DNA of 64,000 nucleotides from Bacteroidales bacterium (GTDB lineage Bacteria; Bacteroidota; Bacteroidia; Bacteroidales; P3): the NCBI GenBank assembly GCA_017480225.1, contig JAFVBB010000010.1, forward strand, positions 120,748-184,747, read 5' to 3'. Made by a program: the position numbers and the translations under genes. Below the pieces are notes generated by a model. It saw nothing but the letters and a program-made list of their open reading frames with translations. It was not told where the DNA came from and ran no database searches. Shown here in pieces: positions 16,342 to 25,639 of the stretch. Position 1 is the first letter of the stretch. Each line of letters opens with the position of its first letter.

Positions 16342-16500
16342 ATGGATCTGACCTCACTGCGCGGCAAGGTGCACATCATCTGCATCGACCCACCTTTCGA
16401 CAGCAAGGCCGACTACCGCACCAAACGCACCCTCACATGTGGCGACATCAGCCAAAAGCCCACCACGCTGGTCATGTGCAAACGGATCATCGACCAGGAG
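16342..16500 (+). pseudogene. Fragment of an N6-adenine/N4-cytosine DNA methyltransferase (motif IV region only)
   Basis: LRGKVHIICIDPPFDSKADYRTK contains the DPPF (DPPY-type) catalytic motif. No AdoMet-binding motif or target-recognition region follows. Confidence 0.45.
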
Positions 16501-16609
16501 GGGAATCCCTTCAGCTATCAGGCCATCGGCGACTGCCAGAAAGAGATGGTGCACAACAGCAAGAGGTTTAGGAATATCGGCAACCTTTCGCAGGGGGGGG
16601 TGCAACTCT

Positions 16610-17182
16610 TTGGTGTACTGCACTTCATGTCCGACCAGGTGGACGCGCTGTGCATAGGCGCACCCGACACCACCGATGAGACAATACTGATGACTTCGCA
16701 AGCTGCCGACCTGCGTCGCGACAACGGGCGCATCGTGGGTACCTTCGTGCTGCACGGCGAACCACTTTCGGGGGGCTTTCCAAACGCGGTTATTGCGCTA
16801 TTATCGATGGCAAGTTTAGTCTTGGGTGTCCGACAATTCGCCACTCTTCGAGCAGCCGACAGAGACGGGTGGCGACTTCTTCCGCCAGTATGCAGCCGTG
16901 GATGGAGTCCTGGCTGTGGAGAACAATCCGGAGAATAGTTCCTATCGTCGAGCCCTGTGCCTGATTGATGGGCAGGTTTGTGTTGTGTGCAGCGAAAGCC
17001 GCATGACGATGAACGAGTTCTCGTCTGCTCTGGCAGGCGCCGGTGTGAGCGACGGCATCTTCCTGGTGGGCGGAACGGCCGACGGATGGTACCGTGACGG
17101 CGACGGCAATGTGGTCAGATTAGGTCGAGAAGCCTACCGAAAGAACCGCTTTCTGAACTATCTGGTCTTCCGCCGACAGTGA
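16610..17182 (+). pseudogene. Decayed paralog of the 13315..14157 DUF2233-like gene (no 5-prime end, at least two frameshifts)
   Basis: Three reading frames are needed: DETILMTSQAADLRRDNGRIVGTFVLHGEPLS (frame 1), KRGYCAIIDGK (frame 0), SDNSPLFEQPTETGGDFFRQYAAVD...FLNYLVFRRQ (frame 2). The last 198 nt and 75 nt beyond the stop are nearly identical to the intact copy. Confidence 0.75.
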
Positions 17183-17248
17183 TTTTTCTGTACGAAACAG
17201 CAGCTGACATGCCGTTTCGTACATCCACATGCCACTTCATACATTGGA

Positions 17249-17280
17249 GCCCGCAGGCCGCCTGCGGGCAATCTTTTTTT
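17249..17280 (+). terminator. Intrinsic terminator
   Basis: GCCCGCAGG-CCG-CCTGCGGGC stem-loop followed by AATCTTTTTTT. Confidence 0.7.
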
Positions 17281-17282
17281 CC

Positions 17283-17290
17283 TATTTTTG
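17283..17290 (+). promoter_or_regulatory. -7 box TATTTTTG for the 17317 operon
   Basis: Matches TAnnTTTG, 27 nt upstream of ATG 17317. Confidence 0.45.
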
Positions 17291-17316
17291 CGGCAAAATC
17301 TCAATAATACACAACT

Positions 17317-18417
17317 ATGAGCAAGCAAAAAAGAAAAGAAGTGGACAGGAAACTGACGAAGTGGTTCCTGCGCCTGGCCAAGAAATGGCGTGTGGTGGTT
17401 GGCATGATAGCGGTGACGGTGGCACTGATGGCACTGCTCGCCGCATGGCACGTCGTGTGCGAAGTAGTGAGTTGGTGCAATGACGTCCGCAAGGACATCA
17501 TCACGTCGTACATGGACATGAAGCTTCGCAATAATTGCAACCTTCGCAAGGGGAACATTTACCAAGGCTACAGCCTGCGCCCCCTGGTGAAGGACATAGA
17601 CGAGGTTATCGTCAAAACCTACGACGACACCGTGTGCATTGTGCGCCGTGGCGAGCGCTACGCATTCTTCAATCTGAACAGACGTGCCATGATGACGCCG
17701 TTTGCATACAGCAGGGCATGGCCTCACAACGGTACAATGGCGGTAGTGGTCGACACAAACGGCTGGCTGCGCTTCCTGGACCAAACCGGCACCCCCGTGC
17801 CAGACGCGCGCCTGCCGTACCATGCCGACATCATGCAGGACAGCATGTGGTCGGCCATCGAGATGCACTCCGGGATCTGCGCCCTGCCCGACGAGAACGG
17901 CAAAGCAGGACTTGTCGACATGCACGGCCGGTGGGTGGTGGAGCCAAGCTTCGACAATGTAAGATTTGCCCACAGTTACGGGAACGGCTACTGGGAGCTT
18001 AAGAGAGGGGACAGCCTGGCAGTGGCCGACACCCTGGGCAAGATATTCGTTCCCCTTACGGCAGGCCACGCCATCAGCGTCACCGAGGGCTACGTGCTGG
18101 TGCACCGCCACAATTTGCCCGAGGTTATCTTTAGCGAAGACGGCAGTATGCGCGGGGTGGCGTCCTACAGGTACGTGTCACCTGTCGCTTACGACGATGT
18201 GGAGCTTGGAGTGTTCCGCTACATCACACAGAATGGAGACTGTGGCCTGCTCGATTCCAATGGGCACCTGCTCACCGGCGCCTTTTACTCCGAAATATCG
18301 GCAATAAGTCCGCACCTCATGATTGCCACGCTGACGAATCATGATTCTGAATACTCCTACGCCAATCCCACCCACACTGTGGTGATCGACACCAAAGGCA
18401 ACATTGTTGAGAAATGA
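17317..18417 (+). CDS. Membrane-anchored WG-repeat-like protein (hypothetical)
   Basis: N-terminal TM VVVGMIAVTVALMALLAAW. Repeats such as ENGKAGLVDMHGRWVVEPSFDNV and NGDCGLLDSNGHLLTGAFYSEI resemble WG/KWG beta repeats. Confidence 0.5.
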   Translation: MSKQKRKEVDRKLTKWFLRLAKKWRVVVGMIAVTVALMALLAAWHVVCEVVSWCNDVRKDIITSYMDMKLRNNCNLRKGNIYQGYSLRPLVKDIDEVIVKTYDDTVCIVRRGERYAFFNLNRRAMMTPFAYSRAWPHNGTMAVVVDTNGWLRFLDQTGTPVPDARLPYHADIMQDSMWSAIEMHSGICALPDENGKAGLVDMHGRWVVEPSFDNVRFAHSYGNGYWELKRGDSLAVADTLGKIFVPLTAGHAISVTEGYVLVHRHNLPEVIFSEDGSMRGVASYRYVSPVAYDDVELGVFRYITQNGDCGLLDSNGHLLTGAFYSEISAISPHLMIATLTNHDSEYSYANPTHTVVIDTKGNIVEK

Positions 18418-19385
18418 AAGCAGGACTGGTTTCAATAATCGCCATGGCCGCGCTGACAATGGCGGCCTGCGGAGGCGGCGGCAATGAACCGCAAACCGAC
18501 GTGTGCGCACACCGTGGCATATACCACTGGAAGACAACCTATAACCCTACAGCATGGGAGCAGAACTGGATGCAGGAGCACGACATAGAGCGCCTTTACG
18601 TGAAACTCTTCGAGGTTGATGCCGGCAGCAAGCACGGCTACGACGATTGGCGCATGGTGCCGGTGGCAACGACACGCTTTGAGCAGCCACTGCCGAAGGA
18701 GACGGAGGTGGTGCCGGTGGTGTATATCACCGTCGATGCCATACGTGCAATGAACGGCTCGGACTACTATGACATGGAGAGACTTGCAGAGTTGCTTGTG
18801 GAGCGCATATATGCCATGACGGAAGAGCATTGGGGCGGCGAGGTGAAGGAGGTGCAACTCGACTGCGACTGGACTGCCTCCACACGGCATGACTTCTTCA
18901 GGCTATGCAAGTTGGTCAAAGACTGTCTAAACGAGCGTGGAGCCACCCTCAGCGGCACGGTGCGCCTGCACCAGCTGAAAGACGAGGAGATACCATTCGA
19001 CCGCAAGCTGCTGATGTGCTACAACACCGGTCGCTTGCAAGACTTCAAAACAATCAACTCCATACTCAACCATGACGACGTGGACCCATACTTGCGGGGA
19101 GTGGACAGCAGCACACTGCGGGGCTACGACATAGCCTGGCCGGCCTACGGATGGGGCGTGCAGTTCGACAAGCAAGGCCACTTTGTGCAACTGTCCAAGC
19201 CCGAGGAGAGAGCTTACAGGCGCATAGAATGGGGCGAGCCTGAGGAGGTGCGCATCGTGAAGCAACACCTGCCGCAGATGCACGACAACACCGTTGTACT
19301 CTATCACCTTGACGAAGAAAACCTAAAACACTACAGCGATGAAGATATTGAAGAGATGTATAGCCCTCGGCCTGCTGCTCGTTAG
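18414..19385 (+). CDS. Lipoprotein (hypothetical)
   Basis: ATGA overlap with the upstream gene. Lipobox SIIAMAALTMAAC. No family recognised. Confidence 0.6.
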   Translation: MKAGLVSIIAMAALTMAACGGGGNEPQTDVCAHRGIYHWKTTYNPTAWEQNWMQEHDIERLYVKLFEVDAGSKHGYDDWRMVPVATTRFEQPLPKETEVVPVVYITVDAIRAMNGSDYYDMERLAELLVERIYAMTEEHWGGEVKEVQLDCDWTASTRHDFFRLCKLVKDCLNERGATLSGTVRLHQLKDEEIPFDRKLLMCYNTGRLQDFKTINSILNHDDVDPYLRGVDSSTLRGYDIAWPAYGWGVQFDKQGHFVQLSKPEERAYRRIEWGEPEEVRIVKQHLPQMHDNTVVLYHLDEENLKHYSDEDIEEMYSPRPAAR

Positions 19386-21606
19386 CCACGCCGCCATGGC
19401 CTGCGGCCCATATTATTACTTCCCCTCCGACTATCGGCTATACCGAATTATTCCCACATGGAAGAGTGCTGCGGAAGAGAGTTTTGCTGGCAAGAACATC
19501 AGCCTGTGGGCAAAGCAGACAGGCTTCGCCGACAACAAGGCGATAGAGGCTGCCATCTACAATGGTACGCTGGCCGACTGGGAATGGATGGCCGGCAACG
19601 GCGATGAGGCCTCGGAGTGGTTCAAGGGCAACGGATTTGCGAAGCACCTGAAAGAGAACGGCGACGCGGAGGCCATCGAGCTGCTCTACCGCTCGAAGCT
19701 CTACGAAAACATCCGCGACCAGATGCGCTCGCCATGGCACTACAATAGCCGCATATCGAACGAAAACGAACAGATGCAGGCACTCTATAAAGAGGTGGCG
19801 ACGAGTACCCCGAAACGCCACGCTGCACGGCACCACTTCCTCATGATAAAATGCGCCTGGGCTGCAAATGAGGATAATGCTGTGCTTGACGCATGGCAGA
19901 AGCAGAAAGGGCAGCTGCGCGGAACCATATTCTACGACGAAGCGGAGGACTACGTGGCACGCAGCCTGACGCGACTGGGGCGCAAGGCCGAAGCCGAGGC
20001 CATCTACCTGCGGCAGGGGAAACTGCCCGTACAGCTCGATGCCACAAGCCTGCGGATTTACCCCAACTCGGCGCAGTTCAGCGGACTGCTACAGGAGGCA
20101 CTCTCCAATATCGAGAGGGGGCGAGCCGCAAAAACCTACGGCGACGACTACGAGCGAGAACACCGCGCATCGGCGCAGAAGATTATCGTCCTATCGCAGC
20201 AGGCCATGGCAACCCCATCGGTGAGCAACAAGGCAATGTGGCGATATGCAGCGGCATGTTGCCTCGACTACCTCGGTCGGCCTGCCGAAGCCCTCGCCAT
20301 GCTAAGCGATGCCGAGGGCGGAGATGCCTTCCTGCGCAAGTCCATTCGCGCACTCACCCTGCACCTGCGCGGACAGGTGGACACCATCGACGATGCCTTT
20401 GTGGATTATGCTGTTGGCGAGGTGCAATGGCTCACCGCCGAGATGCAACGCGAATACAGCGCCATGCCCAACGACGTAAAGCAGCTAGTAGCCCACACCA
20501 TTGGCACTCTTGGCTGGGATTGCACAGGCCAACTTGGCCAATGTTTTGCCCTAAGCGCCATGCAACGCATCTTGATCGACGACGAGACGGGCCTCTGCTA
20601 CCGCATGGCCGCGTCGGGCTATGGCGTGCGTGCATTGCAGATGGCCAACGTGGCCTGCAACTACGTCTACAAGATGACCGACAACAAGGCGATGAAGAAG
20701 CTGCGCACCTCGACGGACAGCATCTATTATTGCTATTACTACGACCGAACAAGGGATTGCGGTTACTTATACCATTTTGCTTCACGTGCCGATACCACCG
20801 TTTTGCCAGACGGGGCTCACAGCCCCCACGCCTATCTTTTTAACAATAACGACTATAGCAACAGTCTCTTCTTCCTGGCCGACACTATGTGCGCCGCCAC
20901 ACTGGAGCAATACCGCCAACGCATGTTGCACCCACAGGACAAGACCGACCGATGGATGAATGCCCACTCCTACACCGATGGCGACTACTGGCAGGACATA
21001 ATCGGCACGCATTACCTGCGCGAGCGCAACTATGCCGCCGCGGCGGCACACCTGCGGCACGTCAGCCCCGAATACCAACGCCGCATGAACCTACGCTGTA
21101 GGATAGACCCCTTCAGCATAGATCGCACCAAACGCAGCCACGACAGCACGCACTATAAGCTCCACTTCGCCCAGCGTATGGACTCGCTGCAGCACGCCAT
21201 GCTCCACGACCCCAACGCCGACCGCCGTGGCCTGGCCATGCTCGAATACAGCATCGGGCTGGAGAACAGCTTCGACATGTGTTGGTGGCTCACCTCCTAC
21301 GGAAAGAGCGTATATGCCGAAAGCGGGGTATGGGCCAAGAAGTACCTTTCGCCCGAATGCCGGGTGTCTATCGAAGGCTCGCCCTATAAACATCGCGCCG
21401 ACGCCGCAGTGCGCCTGCTGCGCGGCAAAGCTCTGCGCACCCTGCGCACCGACGATGCCCGTGCACGCTACTATGCCCGGCTCGGCCAGTTGGCCACTGT
21501 CATGAAGCGCTATGCCGACACCCCCACGGCGCAGCACTATGCACTCGTTTGCGACACCTGGCAGCAGTACCGCAAAGCGCAACCAACAGGCAGCAGCACC
21601 AACTGA
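19339..21606 (+). CDS. Large exported protein starting ACGPYYYFP (hypothetical)
   Basis: Signal peptide MKILKRCIALGLLLVSHAAMA, 755 aa, helical-repeat-like composition. It overlaps the upstream gene by 47 nt. Confidence 0.6.
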   Translation: MKILKRCIALGLLLVSHAAMACGPYYYFPSDYRLYRIIPTWKSAAEESFAGKNISLWAKQTGFADNKAIEAAIYNGTLADWEWMAGNGDEASEWFKGNGFAKHLKENGDAEAIELLYRSKLYENIRDQMRSPWHYNSRISNENEQMQALYKEVATSTPKRHAARHHFLMIKCAWAANEDNAVLDAWQKQKGQLRGTIFYDEAEDYVARSLTRLGRKAEAEAIYLRQGKLPVQLDATSLRIYPNSAQFSGLLQEALSNIERGRAAKTYGDDYEREHRASAQKIIVLSQQAMATPSVSNKAMWRYAAACCLDYLGRPAEALAMLSDAEGGDAFLRKSIRALTLHLRGQVDTIDDAFVDYAVGEVQWLTAEMQREYSAMPNDVKQLVAHTIGTLGWDCTGQLGQCFALSAMQRILIDDETGLCYRMAASGYGVRALQMANVACNYVYKMTDNKAMKKLRTSTDSIYYCYYYDRTRDCGYLYHFASRADTTVLPDGAHSPHAYLFNNNDYSNSLFFLADTMCAATLEQYRQRMLHPQDKTDRWMNAHSYTDGDYWQDIIGTHYLRERNYAAAAAHLRHVSPEYQRRMNLRCRIDPFSIDRTKRSHDSTHYKLHFAQRMDSLQHAMLHDPNADRRGLAMLEYSIGLENSFDMCWWLTSYGKSVYAESGVWAKKYLSPECRVSIEGSPYKHRADAAVRLLRGKALRTLRTDDARARYYARLGQLATVMKRYADTPTAQHYALVCDTWQQYRKAQPTGSSTN

Positions 21607-21630
21607 CCCACCCACAACAATCACCACACA

Positions 21631-21673
21631 GCGGCAGACGACCAGGCAATCGGCGTCCGCCGCTGTTTTTTTT
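21631..21673 (+). terminator. Intrinsic terminator
   Basis: GCGGCAGACG ... CGTCCGCCGC (10-bp stem, one mismatch) followed by TGTTTTTTTT. Confidence 0.6.
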
Positions 21674-21777
21674 CAAACTGCCACGGCTATGGGCAAGGCC
21701 AAAACCAAGACAAGCGCATACAAAAGGCATATCAACAACTATTCATCGCCTACAAATGCAGGTGTTGACAAGGCGAT

Positions 21778-21812
21778 GGGTAGGAGTTGAGTAGGAGATG
21801 AGTAGGAGTTGG
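21778..21812 (+). repeat. 11-bp-periodic array GGGTAGGAGTT-GAGTAGGAGAT-GAGTAGGAGTT-GG
   Basis: Three tandem 11-mers. An inverted homolog lies at 52460-52494, and both are followed by a CTGGTTWWCAG module and ATTACCCCCTGC. Confidence 0.8.
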
Positions 21813-21993
21813 TCTATACTTTGCACTGGTTTACAGCTATTTACCAACAGCAATATTACCCCCTGCCGACAAAATCACATAACAGTCTAAAATACTGGCA
21901 CTTGACATCAACCATCCAGCTAATGGCGGCGACATTGTGCGGCACGGCGCGACGGCTGGCCGATTTTCTTTTCACCAATCGGAATAAAATGCG

Positions 21994-22001
21994 TAACTTT
22001 G
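21994..22001 (+). promoter_or_regulatory. -7 box TAACTTTG
   Basis: Matches TAnnTTTG, 40 nt upstream of ATG 22041. Confidence 0.45.
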
Positions 22002-22040
22002 CGGTGGTGATTTGCACCCTCTCAACAAACACAACTCTGT

Positions 22041-23330
22041 ATGGATAAGCAACTTCGACAAGAGCTAATTGACCTTTTGCACCGCGAGGTGGTGCCTGCC
22101 ACCGGATGCACCGAGCCCGGCGCGGTGGCGCTGTGCGTGGCCCGCGCCGTAGAGACCCTGGGCTGCGAACCGACGTCCATCGACCTGCGGATGAGCAAGA
22201 ACGTCTTCAAGAACGCCATGGGCGTAGGCATACCCGGCACAGGCATGATAGGGCTGCCCATAGCCGTGGCCATGGCCGTGACCCACGGCCAGAGCAGCCG
22301 TGGGCTGGAGGTGCTCACCATGCCGCAGGGCGAGGTCGACGACGCCAAGCGGTGGCTGGCCAACCACGCCGACTGCCTGGCCATAGGGGTGAAAGAGACT
22401 GCCGACAGGCTCTACATAGAGTGCAACGCCGAGGGCGGAGGCCACAAGGCCACGGCCGTGATTTCGCACCGCCACTCGAACTTCGTCTTCGTGAGCCGCG
22501 ACGGCGAGGCGCTGCTCGACGCCAAGCAGGGACTCTTCGACGAGCCTGACGACGACGCGCCCGACAACGCGCACCAGCAGCCCGAGCTCTGCGCCCGGAT
22601 GGTCTACGACTTCGCCACCACCGCCCCCATTGAGGAGCTTGAGTTCATGCGCGGCACCATAGAGCTGAACACCGCCGCCTCAGAGTGCGGGCGGCAGGGG
22701 CTCGGCCTGCACACAGGCAGCATACTGATGGAGCAGAGCAACGGCGACACGGTGCACACCGTGGTGGCGCGCACCGTCAGCGCCAGCGACGCCCGCATGG
22801 ACGGCTGCACCCTGCCGGTCTACAGCAACTCGGGCAGCGGCAACCAGGGCATAGCCTGCACCCTGCCGCCCTACTACTACGGCACCCTGCGCGGCTGCCC
22901 CGACGAGCAGGTGCTGCGCGCCGTCACCATGAGCCACCTCATGAGCATCTACATAAAGCAGGGCATAGGCCGCCTCTCGGCCCTTTGCGGCATAGTCAAC
23001 GCGACCATGGGCGTCAGCGCGGCGCTCACCTACCTTGAGGGCGGCTCGTTCAGCCAGATAGGCTTCGCCATGAAGAACATGATCAACACCATTGCAGGCA
23101 TGGTCTGCGACGGTGCCAAGCCCAGCTGCGCCCTCAAGATGGCCACGGGGCTCTACACCGCCTTCATGTGCTCCGAGCTGGCCATGCACAACCACGTGGT
23201 TGACAGCACCGACGGCTTGAGCGAGAACGACGTGGACTGCTCCATACGCAACCTGGGGCGACTGGGACGCGAGGGCATGTGCCACACCGACGACACCATA
23301 CTCGACATCATGACCCACAAGCGCGACTGA
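22041..23330 (+). CDS. UPF0597 / L-cysteine desulfidase family protein (serine dehydratase alpha-like)
   Basis: LLHREVVPATGCTEPGAVALCVARA... and the later GSGNQG and CDGAKPSCALK motifs are typical of this family. Confidence 0.75.
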   Translation: MDKQLRQELIDLLHREVVPATGCTEPGAVALCVARAVETLGCEPTSIDLRMSKNVFKNAMGVGIPGTGMIGLPIAVAMAVTHGQSSRGLEVLTMPQGEVDDAKRWLANHADCLAIGVKETADRLYIECNAEGGGHKATAVISHRHSNFVFVSRDGEALLDAKQGLFDEPDDDAPDNAHQQPELCARMVYDFATTAPIEELEFMRGTIELNTAASECGRQGLGLHTGSILMEQSNGDTVHTVVARTVSASDARMDGCTLPVYSNSGSGNQGIACTLPPYYYGTLRGCPDEQVLRAVTMSHLMSIYIKQGIGRLSALCGIVNATMGVSAALTYLEGGSFSQIGFAMKNMINTIAGMVCDGAKPSCALKMATGLYTAFMCSELAMHNHVVDSTDGLSENDVDCSIRNLGRLGREGMCHTDDTILDIMTHKRD

Positions 23331-23343
23331 CGGCACGAGGGCT

Positions 23344-25629
23344 ATGGAAAACATCATCTTCGACTTCGGCAACGTGCTGGTGCGCTTTGAGCCGCGCCAG
23401 TTCTACAAGCGCCACTTCGGCGACGACGCTCGCGCCTGGTGGTTCATGCGCCACGTGGCCACCCACGAGTGGCTCAACCGCATCGACGCCGGCGAGCCGA
23501 CCGGACAGTGCGTGGCCGACCTCGCCTCGCGCTACCCCGACTACCGCGAAGCCATAGAGATGTACGGCACCCGCTTCGACGAGATGCTGACAGGCGAGGT
23601 GCCGGGCATGAAAGCCCTGCTGGAGCTGCTGCGCCGGAAGCCAGGCGTGAGCCTTTTCGGACTGACGAACTGGAGCATGGAGACCTTCCCGCAGGCACGC
23701 GAGAGGTTCGCCATTCTGCAAATGATAGACCGCTACGTGGTGAGCGGCGCGGAGGGGCTGGTGAAGCCCGACCCACGCCTCTTCCGCCTGCTGCTCGACC
23801 GCTTCGGGCTTGAGGCAGGCGGGTGCGTCTTCATTGACGACAACGAAGCCAACGTGGCAGCCGCCACGGCGCTGGGCATGAAGGGCATCGTCTTCAGCGG
23901 AGCCGACGACCTGCGCCGCAGCCTCGGCCTCTACCGCGGGCTGACCGCCGACGAGGCGGCGCGGCTGGCAAGCCAGGGCTGCTCGGCCGACGACTGGGGG
24001 AACATCTCGATATGCGACGACACCGACCTCGGCGCCATACGCCGCACGCACTTCAAGGGCGCTGTGAGCATCGGGCCGGGTTGCACGCTGGAAGACAGCC
24101 ACGTGGAGCAGTGTGTAGTCGACTCGGGCTGCACCGTGGCCCGCACCGGCTTGCTGCGCAACTACCACCTGGAGGCGGGCTGCACGGTGGAGGGTGTGGG
24201 CGAGATGAGCCACAGCACGAGCCCCGTGGGCATCGACGTGATGAACGAGAACGGCGGCAGGCGCATCGTAGCCTCGCCCGGCATGACGGTGGCCGACGCT
24301 TACCTGGCCGCCCGCTTCCGCGACCGGCGCGAGCTGCAGGCAAGGCTGGACGGCTTCGCCAAGCCCGAGGCCACAGGCGTGGCCGGACAGGGCTGCCGCC
24401 TGACAGGAGCCACGGCGGTTGTCGACGGCCAGCTGGGGCCGGGGTGCCACGTGGGGCACGGCGTCATTGCGGAAAGGTTCGTGCTGGGCGAGAACGTCAC
24501 GCTCGACGCCGCCCTGCGCCTCAACGACACGGTGGTGGGCGACAACTCGACGCTGGCGCGCGGCGAAGTGGGCTGCAGCCTGATTTTCCCCGCCCACGAG
24601 CAGCACCACAACTCGTCGTTCCTCATGGCCGCGCTTGTGCAGGGACAAAGCAACGTGGCCAGCGGGGCGACGCTGGGCAGCAACCACAACAGCCGCACCC
24701 CCGACGGCGAGCTTTCGGCAGGCCGGGGCTTCTGGCCAGGGCTCTGCGTCAGCGTGAAGCACAGCAGCCGCTTCGCCAGCTACACGCTGCTGGCAAAGGC
24801 CGACTATCCGGGCGAGCTGAACATCACCCTGCCCTTCTCGCTGGTGAGCAACAATGTGCAGAAGAACCGCCTGGAGGTGATGCCGGCCTACTGGTGGATG
24901 TACAACATGTACGCCCTGCACCGCAACATCGACAAGTATGCCTGGCGCGACCGCAGGCAGGCAGGCAGGCAGCACATAGTGTTCAGCCCTTTCGCCCCGG
25001 ACACCGCCGAGGAGATTATTGTGGGGCGTGAGCTGCTGCGACTGTGGACTGCACGTGCCTACCACGAGAACGGCGGCACGGAGGTGATGGCCTACGGCAT
25101 GGAACGCGGCAGCAGCACAAGGCCGTCGGCACAGTCGGAAGGACGACGCAAGACGGTGATACTGAAGCCTGGCGAGGCCTACCGAGCCTATGAGGAGATG
25201 CTTGTCTACTATGCCATGGAGGTGCTCGGGCAGACCCCGGGGTTCACACCCTCAGGCAACGCGCGCCGCACCCGGCGGTGGGTCAACCTCGGCGGCCAAC
25301 TGCTTGCGGGCGACGACGCCGACCGCCTGCTGGCCGACATAGAGAACGGCAGCCTCAGCTCATGGCGCGACATCGAGGCCAGGCTTGACCAACTGTGGGC
25401 AGACTACCCCGACCGCCTGGCAGACCATGCCTATGCCGTGCTCTGCCACCTGGCGCAGAAGAACAGACTCGACGACGACGACCGCCGCCGCTTCGACAGC
25501 CAGTATGCCGCGATCAAACAGCTGGTGGCCGACCGCATAGCAGCAAGCCGCAAGAAAGACGCTGACAACGAGTTCCGCCAGTCAACATTCTGGAACACCG
25601 CCGAGATGCACGCCGTGCTCGGCTCATAA
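23344..25629 (+). CDS. HAD-superfamily hydrolase fused to a DUF4954-like beta-helix domain
   Basis: N-terminus IIFDFGNVLV ... LTNWS ... KPDPRLF ... FIDDNEANV are HAD motifs I-IV. The remaining 560 aa (LTADEAARLASQGCSADDWGNISI...) resemble Bacteroidota DUF4954 proteins. Confidence 0.65.
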   Translation: MENIIFDFGNVLVRFEPRQFYKRHFGDDARAWWFMRHVATHEWLNRIDAGEPTGQCVADLASRYPDYREAIEMYGTRFDEMLTGEVPGMKALLELLRRKPGVSLFGLTNWSMETFPQARERFAILQMIDRYVVSGAEGLVKPDPRLFRLLLDRFGLEAGGCVFIDDNEANVAAATALGMKGIVFSGADDLRRSLGLYRGLTADEAARLASQGCSADDWGNISICDDTDLGAIRRTHFKGAVSIGPGCTLEDSHVEQCVVDSGCTVARTGLLRNYHLEAGCTVEGVGEMSHSTSPVGIDVMNENGGRRIVASPGMTVADAYLAARFRDRRELQARLDGFAKPEATGVAGQGCRLTGATAVVDGQLGPGCHVGHGVIAERFVLGENVTLDAALRLNDTVVGDNSTLARGEVGCSLIFPAHEQHHNSSFLMAALVQGQSNVASGATLGSNHNSRTPDGELSAGRGFWPGLCVSVKHSSRFASYTLLAKADYPGELNITLPFSLVSNNVQKNRLEVMPAYWWMYNMYALHRNIDKYAWRDRRQAGRQHIVFSPFAPDTAEEIIVGRELLRLWTARAYHENGGTEVMAYGMERGSSTRPSAQSEGRRKTVILKPGEAYRAYEEMLVYYAMEVLGQTPGFTPSGNARRTRRWVNLGGQLLAGDDADRLLADIENGSLSSWRDIEARLDQLWADYPDRLADHAYAVLCHLAQKNRLDDDDRRRFDSQYAAIKQLVADRIAASRKKDADNEFRQSTFWNTAEMHAVLGS

Positions 25630-25639
25630 ACCTCACATC

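Noticed and set aside
10804-17316. Integrase, attL/attR or transposase defining the island next to tRNA-Gln
   Set aside because: No recombinase-like ORF was found in any frame. Only a 9-nt chance-level match (CAGGTAGGC near 14300) to the tRNA 3-prime region was seen.
23308-25065. 585-aa minus-strand ORF and a 339-aa plus-strand alternate-frame ORF within the HAD-DUF4954 gene
   Set aside because: Same reasoning: antisense or alternate frame of a well-supported gene, with extreme Arg/Gly/Ala/Pro composition.
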